Assembly (NCBI GenBank): GCA_964489085.1
Contig: CAZAXO010000002.1
Span: 1 to 42,739 of the forward strand
Direction: 5' to 3'
DNA from: an uncultured Candidatus Bathyarchaeia archaeon
GTDB lineage: Archaea; Thermoproteota; Bathyarchaeia; 40CM-2-53-6; DTGE01
Length of the DNA stretch: 42,739 bases
The translations under genes were made by a program, and so were the position numbers. Under the pieces are notes generated by a model. That model was not told the DNA's origin and did not search any database. It saw only the letters and a list, made by a program, of their open reading frames with translations. Shown piece after piece: positions 35,409 to 42,739 of the stretch (positions within the stretch are counted from its first letter, which is position 1; each line of letters starts with the position of its first letter).

Positions 35409-36491
35409 TTAAAAATAATTTAATTGCACTCTATCAGAGTTAATCTTATCAAAAAATTCATCAATAAGTTGAGGGTTACATGCTTTATAGTAAAATAATG
35501 TATTCCTCCACATTGAAGCATCTATGAAATAATGACTCAAAGCTAACTTTTGGTATGGATGATTTTTTGTTACAGGATAATAGATAACATCTACATTATT
35601 TTCATCAAAATATTTACATGCATCTTCTATAAGTAAATCTGCGACATCAAGCCTATCTGGTATTACAAGTAATGCCCTTATGTCTCCTTCTACATAACCG
35701 TTACTTACTAAGATGGAAAGAATACTGAACCCGATAATTTCATTGTCTAGAATCGCCATTTTTATTTGACTATGTCTACCTGGCCTATCTTTTTTCCAAT
35801 TTAAGTAATCAATTTTCTTTTCAACAATGTAATCGAACCCTTTTTTGGCTTTTTCCCAAAAAGCATCTATACGATAATCAAACTCGTTTGCCTTAACTAT
35901 TGAAAAGTCAACAGATTTTACTGACTTTGATTTTAATATGTTTCTTATCTTATTAAGTCCAATCATTCCTCTTATTCCAATGTTCATGATTAAACTATTT
36001 TTTTGGTTTCTACTAAGGAACTTTTTAATATTTTTTACTTTTATCATGTGTGAGATAAAGAAAGGTAGTTGTTTAAAACCGTCTTTCATTTCATATTTTG
36101 ATATAATTGGATTCTCCGTAGCGAAATAACGGTAATCTATTCTATTTTTTATTTCGTATTCTTTCATAATTTTTCTAATATGTGCATATATGCCTCGACC
36201 TCTATATCCACTCGAAACAGCACCATCATCAGCATAAGAACATAAGAATATGGAGTCACCGAGCTTCATAGACAGTATAATTAAGTGTACAACACCAACT
36301 ATTTCATCTGCATCTGAACAAACAACAATAAACGATTTAAGAGGAGAGTTAAGATACTTCCATTTCCAATTATCAATAGCTGATGGTAAACGCCTCCATT
36401 TCAAGAAGTTATTCTTTAATAGATTAACTATTTTTTCTTCATCCCCTGGAGAATAAACCCTAAAAGTTAAATCGTTGGGCAAGATGAGCAT
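35409..36491 (-). CDS. Two-domain GNAT-family acyltransferase (paralogue 2 of 3)
   Basis: 'YSPGDEEKIVNLLKNNFLKW......IDNWKWKYLNSPLK' and 'DDGAVSSGYRGRGIY', with a second half 'IIGFSILSILVSNGYVEGDIRALLV'. Confidence 0.8.
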   Translation of the reverse strand: MLILPNDLTFRVYSPGDEEKIVNLLKNNFLKWRRLPSAIDNWKWKYLNSPLKSFIVVCSDADEIVGVVHLIILSMKLGDSIFLCSYADDGAVSSGYRGRGIYAHIRKIMKEYEIKNRIDYRYFATENPIISKYEMKDGFKQLPFFISHMIKVKNIKKFLSRNQKNSLIMNIGIRGMIGLNKIRNILKSKSVKSVDFSIVKANEFDYRIDAFWEKAKKGFDYIVEKKIDYLNWKKDRPGRHSQIKMAILDNEIIGFSILSILVSNGYVEGDIRALLVIPDRLDVADLLIEDACKYFDENNVDVIYYPVTKNHPYQKLALSHYFIDASMWRNTLFYYKACNPQLIDEFFDKINSDRVQLNYF

Positions 36492-36633
36492 ACATAGTTT
36501 CTAACTCTTTAATATATTTTTTATCGTTTTTATTTAACGCAGAAGCATAACTCAGGTTTTCGGTATAGATAAACAAGATCATTTATTTTCTTCTAATTCT
36601 ATCAATCAGAATCATCATATATTTAAGAAGGTG

Positions 36634-36780
36634 ATGAAAAAGATATCATCAACAATACTTGGAATCGTTCTCCTCGCATGGAAAGTTAATAGTTTAGAAC
36701 TTTGTATAGGAAACAATTTAACTACCATTAGATTAGATATCGTTGTAGCTGGAAAAAATTCAATAAATTGGGATTTCTAG
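36634..36780 (+). CDS. Possible 48-aa signal-peptide-bearing small ORF or N-terminal gene remnant
   Basis: My own translation gives 'MKKISSTILGIVLLAWKVNSLELCIGNNLTTIRLDIVVAGKNSINWDF', preceded by 'aaGGTGatg'. It is below the track cutoff and lies in the 500-nt gap between two GNAT paralogues. Confidence 0.2.
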   Translation: MKKISSTILGIVLLAWKVNSLELCIGNNLTTIRLDIVVAGKNSINWDF

Positions 36781-36997
36781 ATTCTATTTCATCGCCCTAT
36801 ATTATATTAAATATCACTAAAAAGGGAGTGTGGAGTAATTTAAAATGCAAGAGCAAAAAAAATCTCGTATACATACTTGAACATTATACATTAAAGGTGC
36901 ATTTCAATTGCGAAGAATTACACGCATAAGCGTACTAGAGTAAATATTAATAATTTTCAATTGCTTGAGAGTAAAAAATAGATGAGATAAAAAAGCC

Positions 36998-38092
36998 TCA
37001 TAAGGTTGTGGAATAGTTGAAGTATACTTGGCTCGGTACAGTTTTTTTTAGAAACGGGATCTCGCTTGGAGCGTTTCCTTGCCAATTAACGCTGTAATCG
37101 AACGAGACGTTTGGTCTTGATTGCGAGTTTAGGAACCCATGTCTCCTGGAAAGCTCCTGATATGGGTGACCCTCAACAAGTTGATAATATACGGTGTTTA
37201 TATCTAGGTCATTCAAACACTTACAGACATGATTCATGAGAGCGTCAGCCACATCAAGCCTATCCCTCACAGCAAGCAGATCCACGATCTGACCTTCAGA
37301 AAACCCTTGCTTATACTCTACAACCGTATAACCAAGTATCTCTTCCCCACACATCGCTTGGAATATTAAGTGGCTGCCCCGGTCGTTGTCCGTGAACCTC
37401 CAATTCAGATACTCGGACCTCTTCTCGAGTATGAAGTTGTAATCATCCTTTATTTTATCCCAGAATGAGTCGATGTTTTTATTAAATTCAGTGATCTGGG
37501 TTATCTGGAACTCGTCAATTTGTTTGATTGGTTGTTTGAACAGGTTTGTTATCTTGTTTAGGTTGCTGAGAAGGATGTATCCAAGTTTTAGGTGTAGCTT
37601 GTTTTCTTTGGGGCGTATGGATAGTAGATGGTCTAAGTCTTTTGTTTTGATCATGCGGGTGACTGTAAAAGGAAGCAATGCTCTTTTTCTTTTCACCCAG
37701 CTCTCAAGAACAATTGGATTCACTGTAGTTGAAAATATGTACTTTGCACTAGAAACAAATTTTTCTTCTTTCAGGGCATGCATTTTGTTATAGATACCCA
37801 TTCCTCTATAGTCAGCATCAACCGCCAAGTCGTCAAAATAGCCTAATGTTGTTATTTCTGGACCTATTTTAGCGTTAAAGATTAGTGAAGGATTGCATCC
37901 GACGATTTTATCATCGGTAACAGCCACTGAGATGATGGACTTTAAAGGTGTGTCGATGTACTTCCATCTCCAGAGCCCCAGAGGATCCTTAAATGCCGCC
38001 CATTTAGGAAACGTCTTCTTTAATAGCTCTACGATGTTTTCGTCGTCGCCTGGCTCATAGAAACGAACACTAACATTAACATTGTTACTCAA
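36998..38092 (-). CDS. Two-domain GNAT-family acyltransferase (paralogue 3 of 3)
   Basis: 'YEPGDDENIVELLKKTFPKW......LGLWRWKYIDTPLK' and 'DDLAVDADYRGMGIY', with a second half 'ILGYTVVEYKQGFSEGQIVDLLAV'. G+C is noticeably higher than in paralogue 1. Confidence 0.8.
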   Translation of the reverse strand: MSNNVNVSVRFYEPGDDENIVELLKKTFPKWAAFKDPLGLWRWKYIDTPLKSIISVAVTDDKIVGCNPSLIFNAKIGPEITTLGYFDDLAVDADYRGMGIYNKMHALKEEKFVSSAKYIFSTTVNPIVLESWVKRKRALLPFTVTRMIKTKDLDHLLSIRPKENKLHLKLGYILLSNLNKITNLFKQPIKQIDEFQITQITEFNKNIDSFWDKIKDDYNFILEKRSEYLNWRFTDNDRGSHLIFQAMCGEEILGYTVVEYKQGFSEGQIVDLLAVRDRLDVADALMNHVCKCLNDLDINTVYYQLVEGHPYQELSRRHGFLNSQSRPNVSFDYSVNWQGNAPSEIPFLKKTVPSQVYFNYSTTL

Positions 38093-38167
38093 ATACTTTC
38101 AACAAGCTCTCTTCTTTATATTAATTAAAATATTTCGAGGGAATTATTAAAAATGGTATAAGAGGGG

Positions 38168-39007
38168 TTAATCCCATGGAGTTCCTAGGTTATTGTTGGT
38201 ATCGAGATCAGAAGCTAGGCTTATCATTACGCCACGTTCACCGCTCGCGAGGGCGGGATTCACCGACGTAATTATTTCGGCAGTTGTTAGAGGGTAGTTT
38301 ATTACGGAGTGTTCAGCATTGAGAACAGCCGCGGTAGCAGCTCTTAGTAGAATCCGTGCAGCCCCTTCAGCGCCTTTTCCTCCATGGTATCTTAGAGCGT
38401 CAATGAGCGTATCAGTACAAGGAACGTATGCAGCAGCTTCAGAGAACACTGAACATACCCCATCAGATGGGTAATATCCTTGCCATGCATCTGGGTGGTT
38501 CTTCCAGAAACCCGGGGTTGCTCCATAGTAGTCATAAGGCACCTCGTAGATTTCCACCGGAATATGGCAGTAGTTGTTGCTGTATTCGTCATCTATCCAG
38601 TCCACTATCTGGAAAGTAAGCTTGTCTCCTTCGCCCATCTTGTATATGGTGTAAGTATGTCCGGCGTCGCCATTACTGAAAGGCCCCCAGTCGATGTCCT
38701 GACCATTGATCTGTAGGAATGAGTGGCCGTCTGGAGCGGGGAAATGGTTGGTCCACTGCCAGGGGTCTGTGTTTGTAGTATAGTACATGGCGTCTGCCTC
38801 ATACGGATAGCCATAACTAAAGACCTCGTCGGCCACGATCTTGTACTTCTTACCGAACTCGAGTACTACCGATTCGACAGGAGTGCCATCGCTATAGACC
38901 CAGAAGCTATCTACCAGTGTGTCGGCTTTTACCAAGGGTAAGTTTAGTATAAAGGTTGTAGAGAGAAGCATCCCTAGAGCTAGAATCATTGTTGTTTTTT
39001 TCTTCAT
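38168..39007 (-). CDS. Secreted two-domain hypothetical protein (beta-rich N-domain + helical 'GFWKNHPDAW' C-domain)
   Basis: It has a signal peptide 'MKKKTTMILALGMLLSTTFILNLPLVKA'. The C-terminal half reads 'PGFWKNHPDAW...TLIDALRYHGGKG..GAARILLRAATAAVLNA'. Several alternative-frame ORFs in the track overlap it and are taken as artefacts of the high G+C. Confidence 0.75.
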   Translation of the reverse strand: MKKKTTMILALGMLLSTTFILNLPLVKADTLVDSFWVYSDGTPVESVVLEFGKKYKIVADEVFSYGYPYEADAMYYTTNTDPWQWTNHFPAPDGHSFLQINGQDIDWGPFSNGDAGHTYTIYKMGEGDKLTFQIVDWIDDEYSNNYCHIPVEIYEVPYDYYGATPGFWKNHPDAWQGYYPSDGVCSVFSEAAAYVPCTDTLIDALRYHGGKGAEGAARILLRAATAAVLNAEHSVINYPLTTAEIITSVNPALASGERGVMISLASDLDTNNNLGTPWD

Positions 39008-39323
39008 GTTCGATATAGAGTTCCGATATGTATCAATATAAAAGTTTATACATTATGTATATTAAATAATTGTTAAACAAATATATAACAAAGATATACT
39101 AATTATTTATGGATAATAAAAAATTAGTATTTTTTACTAAAAATGGGCTCTAATCTCCTCAACACAGTGCGCGCATACATATTATCTCAACCAACGATTG
39201 GCAAAATACAATAAGTTAAACTCCCCTTAATAGATAGCGATGACGAGGAAAAATAGCTATAGATAGGATAAAGTAGAATAGATAATAATTAAGTTTATAA
39301 AAACGTATTCAGGAATTGATGTA

Positions 39324-40289
39324 ATGAATGTAAAAGTCTCAGTTCTTGGGTGCGGAGTGTGGGGCCGTAACCATGCCAGAGTGTTCAGCGAGTTATCGAA
39401 TACGAAGCTAATCTCTGTCGTGGACCTTAACCAAGCAACGGCAAAAGAAGTCTCTGAAAGATACAAAACCGCTTACGCCCTTGATCCACTAGAAGCCCTA
39501 GCCGACCCCGAAGTCGATGCTGTTACGGTGTGTACCCCGACAGTTACACACATGAAGCTTGCTTTACAGGCAATGGAAGCGGGAAAGCATGTGCTTGTTG
39601 AGAAGCCCATGACTAATACCATCGAGGAAGCTGAGACTCTCATCGAGGCAGCAAAGAAAAACGACGTACACCTAGCAGTGGGTTTTGTTGAACGCTTCAA
39701 CCCAGCCGTTAGAGAGGCTTACAGGTACATCAATGAAGGGAACATTGGAGATATCATCCTTGCTCACACGAAGCGCGTAAGCAGATGGCCTGTCAGGATA
39801 GGGGACGTGGGTGTCATCAAAGACCTTGCTGTACATGACATAGATATCATCAATAAGCTGTTTGATGAAGAGGTTGGAAGCGTATTTGCTAATGCAGGCA
39901 ATATACAGCATAGCTTTGAGGATTATGCTAACATATTCATGAATTTTAAAGGTAAACGAGGGGCGTTTATAGAGACTAACTGGCTGACACCTAGGAAGGT
40001 TCGCAATCTAACTATTACAGGCACAGAGGGAATAATTAACGTGGATTACATAGACCAGACCCTGACCTTGGAAAACGACAAACAGATAACCCAGCCTTTC
40101 ATAGCCAAGGCTGAGCCCCTAAGACTTGAGCTCAAGAGCTTTATAAACTCGATTATAAATGATACCAGCCCTGAGGTCACCGGCTTGGATGGACTGAGAG
40201 CTCTTAAAGTTTGTGAGGCTGCATTAGAGTCCGCGGGCACGGGGAGCATAATGATATTAAACTCTGGTAACTGCGACCATTCAGTCTGA
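39324..40289 (+). CDS. Gfo/Idh/MocA-family NAD-dependent sugar-nucleotide 3-dehydrogenase (WbpB / UDP-GlcNAc(A) 3-dehydrogenase-like)
   Basis: 'VSVLGCGVWGRNHA' is the Rossmann motif, followed by 'VLVEKPM' and 'GFVERFNPA', which are Gfo/Idh/MocA signatures. The gene lies next to a nucleotide-sugar dehydrogenase and a DegT aminotransferase. Confidence 0.8.
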   Translation: MNVKVSVLGCGVWGRNHARVFSELSNTKLISVVDLNQATAKEVSERYKTAYALDPLEALADPEVDAVTVCTPTVTHMKLALQAMEAGKHVLVEKPMTNTIEEAETLIEAAKKNDVHLAVGFVERFNPAVREAYRYINEGNIGDIILAHTKRVSRWPVRIGDVGVIKDLAVHDIDIINKLFDEEVGSVFANAGNIQHSFEDYANIFMNFKGKRGAFIETNWLTPRKVRNLTITGTEGIINVDYIDQTLTLENDKQITQPFIAKAEPLRLELKSFINSIINDTSPEVTGLDGLRALKVCEAALESAGTGSIMILNSGNCDHSV

Positions 40290-40292
40290 GGT
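40288..40292 (+). promoter_or_regulatory. Shine-Dalgarno GAGGT for the TTG-initiated dehydrogenase gene
   Basis: In 'tGAGGTtaatggtTTG' the element overlaps the upstream stop and sits 7 nt before TTG 40300. Confidence 0.5.
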
Positions 40293-40299
40293 TAATGGT

Positions 40300-41658
40300 T
40301 TGAAGCTTGTTGTAGTAGGTATGGGTTATGTAGGAATACCCTCGGCGGCGCTGTTCGCTGACGTTGAGGGCATTAACGTTGTGGGCGTCCAGAGAAGATC
40401 AAGACGTTCAGGTTGGAAGATCGATTGCCTCAACCAAGGAAAATGCCCAATAGGTGGTGACGAGCCTGGGCTACCTGAGCTTATAGAGAAGGTAGTAAAG
40501 AATGGCTCTTTCAAGGTCACGGACGACACCAAGGTCTATGGGGAAGCAGATGTAATCTTCATTGACGTACAGACTCCGGTGGATGAAGATCATGTGCCTC
40601 GATATGATTCCCTGAGACAGGTAGCCGAAGAAGTCGGTACGAGTATGAAGAGAGGAGCCATGATAGGAGTGGAGTCTACCGTGGCACCTGGAACCACTCA
40701 GTATATAGTTAAACCTATACTTGAACAAGCTTCAGGGTTGAAGGCGGGAATAGACTTCAACCTAGTCTTCAGCTATGAACGAGTGATGGTCGGTCGCCTT
40801 CTCCACAACCTCCAGTATATGCCCAGAATTGTAGGCGGGTACACATCTGCATGCGCACATAGGGGAGCCGAGCTTTACGCCAAGATAGTAAAAACAGAAG
40901 TCTTTGAAACAGACTGTATGACGGCTGAGATAGCCAAGACTGTTGAGAACGCCTACCGTGATGTAAATATAGCCTTCGCCAATGAGGTCGCTCTCATCTG
41001 TGAGAGCTTAGGCTCAGACGTCCATGAGGTGCGCCGCTACGTCAACAGCCTGCCTTACGACCCAAGTGATCAAGACAAGAACCCCTTCAGGATGATGATG
41101 GCCCCCGGCGCAGGGGTGGGCGGCCACTGCCTCCCCAAGGACAGCTGGCTACTAAAGTACGGCTTAGACCAGCATGGCTCCTACAAGGTAACTCCTCACG
41201 TTATTGTGGACAGCCGAAGAGTAAACGACTATATGCCCACCCATATGAGAGAGCTTGTAACTGAGGCCCTGAAGGAGCGGAACGTCAAGCCTGAAGACGC
41301 ACGTGTAGCCATACTTGGCTACACTTTCCTAGAGAACAGTGACGATACCCGCAACACGCCAGCTCTCCCCCTTTACAGGATGCTCGAGGGAATATGCAGT
41401 GAAGTGGTTGTGCATGACCCCTATGTTAAAGAGGAAGGTGATGTTCACCTCACATCAGACCTAGAAGCAGCCATCAACGACAAGGACTGCATAACAATTG
41501 TAACCAAACACAGGGAATACTTCATGATGGATTTAACTTGGCTCATGGATAATATGAGAACCCCTATAATTGTTGACGGTCGTAACATCTTCAAGCCCGA
41601 GGAAATTAAAGAAGCGGGCTTCACTTATAGAGGAATAGGAATTGGTAAGACCGGCTAG
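40300..41658 (+). CDS. UDP-sugar 6-dehydrogenase family (WecC / WbpA-like UDP-N-acetyl-hexosamine dehydrogenase)
   Basis: 'LVVVGMGYVGIPSA' is the NAD motif. 'GGHCLPKD' holds the catalytic Cys and 'ENAYRDVNIAFANE' also fits. The length is 452 aa, and a TTG start is required to include the first beta-strand. Confidence 0.88.
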   Translation: MKLVVVGMGYVGIPSAALFADVEGINVVGVQRRSRRSGWKIDCLNQGKCPIGGDEPGLPELIEKVVKNGSFKVTDDTKVYGEADVIFIDVQTPVDEDHVPRYDSLRQVAEEVGTSMKRGAMIGVESTVAPGTTQYIVKPILEQASGLKAGIDFNLVFSYERVMVGRLLHNLQYMPRIVGGYTSACAHRGAELYAKIVKTEVFETDCMTAEIAKTVENAYRDVNIAFANEVALICESLGSDVHEVRRYVNSLPYDPSDQDKNPFRMMMAPGAGVGGHCLPKDSWLLKYGLDQHGSYKVTPHVIVDSRRVNDYMPTHMRELVTEALKERNVKPEDARVAILGYTFLENSDDTRNTPALPLYRMLEGICSEVVVHDPYVKEEGDVHLTSDLEAAINDKDCITIVTKHREYFMMDLTWLMDNMRTPIIVDGRNIFKPEEIKEAGFTYRGIGIGKTG

Positions 41659-41762
41659 CCTCAAATTCATAATATATCTATAGAAAATATATGTCGCCCG
41701 AAATTACAACCAATATATCAAAAAGGAAATACCTAAGTAAGGATAGTAAATTGTGATTAACA

Positions 41763-42739
41763 TTGGATAAACTAGCGATTAACGGAGGATCATCGGCCTC
41801 CCCAAACAGGATCAATATAGCCAAACCCATCATAGATGAAGATGTCCTCGATACAATCAAAGTAATCATAGAGACCGGCATGCTGAGACAGGGAAAATAC
41901 GTTAAAGAGTTCGAGGAAAGGTTCACTAAAAAAACCGGCGCCAAATATGCCTACGCTGTCAACAACGGAACAGCAGCGCTACACGTTGCCTATCTTTCAA
42001 CCTTAAACCCCGGCGATGAGGTTATAGTACCAAGCTTCACCTTCCTAGCGACGGCCAGCATGGTCTATTACTCAAGGGCAAAACCAGTTTTTGCAGACAT
42101 AGACCCCGAAACTTATCTAATCGACTTAGAAGACATTAAAAACAAGATCACCAGTAAAACCCGGGCCATCGTACCAGTTCATCTGTTCGGTAACGCCGCA
42201 GATATAAGTGGACTCAAAGACCTCTGCGAGGATCACCACTTGAACCTAATACACGATTCGGCTCAGGCCCATGGAACTAAATACGAAAATAAGGACATCG
42301 GCTCCTTTGATGATCTAAGCTGTTACAGCTTCTACCCCTCCAAGACCTTGACTACAGGCGAGGGGGGAATGGTGACCACTAACGACCAAGATCTGTACAG
42401 GAAAGGCACTCTTCTACGAGCTCATGGCGACGACGCACGCTACCATCACGTGATGATGGGCTTCAATTACCGACTCACAGAGATAGCTGCTGTCTTGGGC
42501 CTAGACCAGATGGATCACTTCGACGAGTTCCTGAAACGCAGGAAACATTGTGGCAAATACCTATACAGGTACATAAACAAAATCGGTGGATTAAGCCCTC
42601 AGAAGACCACACCCAAGGTAGAACACAGCTACAGCTATTTCACTCTCACCATGGATCTAGATCAATATAGTTGCACAAGAGACCAGTTCATTAAAGCCCT
42701 CAACGAGGAGAACATCGACTGTGCCGTCCACTACCCTAC
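41763..42739 (+). CDS. DegT/DnrJ/EryC1/StrS-family PLP aminotransferase (WbpE-like), 3' end cut by window edge
   Basis: This ORF is not in the track because no stop falls within the window. My translation from TTG 41763 reads 'LDKLAINGG....I.KPIIDEDVLDTI..V..TGML.QGKYV.EFEERF....GAKYAYAVNNGTAALH', then 'DEVIVPSFTF.ATA', 'HDSAQAHG' and 'SFYPSKTLTTGEGGM' (PLP Lys). A TGA lies 9 nt upstream in frame. Confidence 0.88.
   Translation, partial: MDKLAINGGSSASPNRINIAKPIIDEDVLDTIKVIIETGMLRQGKYVKEFEERFTKKTGAKYAYAVNNGTAALHVAYLSTLNPGDEVIVPSFTFLATASMVYYSRAKPVFADIDPETYLIDLEDIKNKITSKTRAIVPVHLFGNAADISGLKDLCEDHHLNLIHDSAQAHGTKYENKDIGSFDDLSCYSFYPSKTLTTGEGGMVTTNDQDLYRKGTLLRAHGDDARYHHVMMGFNYRLTEIAAVLGLDQMDHFDEFLKRRKHCGKYLYRYINKIGGLSPQKTTPKVEHSYSYFTLTMDLDQYSCTRDQFIKALNEENIDCAVHYP

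Noticed and set aside
38392-41944. Many overlapping ORFs in the G+C-richer right arm: 38392..38592, 38428..38619, 38480..38716, 38605..38814, 38723..38941, 39257..39466, 39473..39700, 39672..39911, 40046..40249, 40326..40532, 40471..40728 and 41678..41944.
   Set aside because: Higher G+C lowers stop-codon frequency in off-frames. Each one overlaps a gene with clear family motifs, and none has motifs of its own.
1-42739. I looked for a CRISPR array, rRNA genes, transposases, integrases and IS terminal repeats.
   Set aside because: No regularly spaced 25-40-nt direct repeats were seen anywhere. No ORF shows DDE, tyrosine or serine recombinase motifs. No rRNA-like conserved stretches were seen.

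Overview
This is an AT-rich archaeal chromosomal segment. The archaeal call rests on archaea-typical DUF354, DUF1616 and DUF457 genes, TATA-like A/T boxes, Shine-Dalgarno-led ATG/GTG/TTG starts, and a tRNA with encoded CCA. No homology search was possible, so all family calls come from motifs read in the translations.

The left third (1-12.9 kb) is mainly housekeeping. It holds a CE4 deacetylase fragment, glmS, lysA, a YtcJ-like amidohydrolase and tRNA-Lys(CUU). Mixed in are small hypothetical genes, decayed genes (an in-frame TGA and a frameshifted wHTH), an RHH regulator, and three small secreted beta-sandwich paralogues, one of which is frameshifted in an A-run.

From about 13.3 kb to the right edge the window is one compositionally mosaic cell-surface glycopolymer island:
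- a Wzx-type flippase, a GT2 and a DUF354 gene
- a CE4 deacetylase
- two large secreted NodB-like paralogues, one fused to an InlB B-repeat and a parallel beta-helix, plus a further secreted protein (27181-28596) with only a degenerate NodB-like trace
- a split and order-swapped DUF1616
- two membrane-anchored leucine-zipper paralogues flanking a Fem/BioF2-like gene
- a second Fem-like gene and three ~360-aa tandem-GNAT paralogues
- a 651-aa polytopic GT-C/Wzy-like protein
- a WbpB/WbpA/WbpE-like trio for diacetamido-uronic acid synthesis

The best candidate for an undescribed system is this combination of Wzx-dependent assembly, multiple Fem/GNAT-type (amino)acyl transferases, multiple deacetylase-like modules and stalked surface proteins. 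No CRISPR array, transposase, integrase or rRNA was seen.
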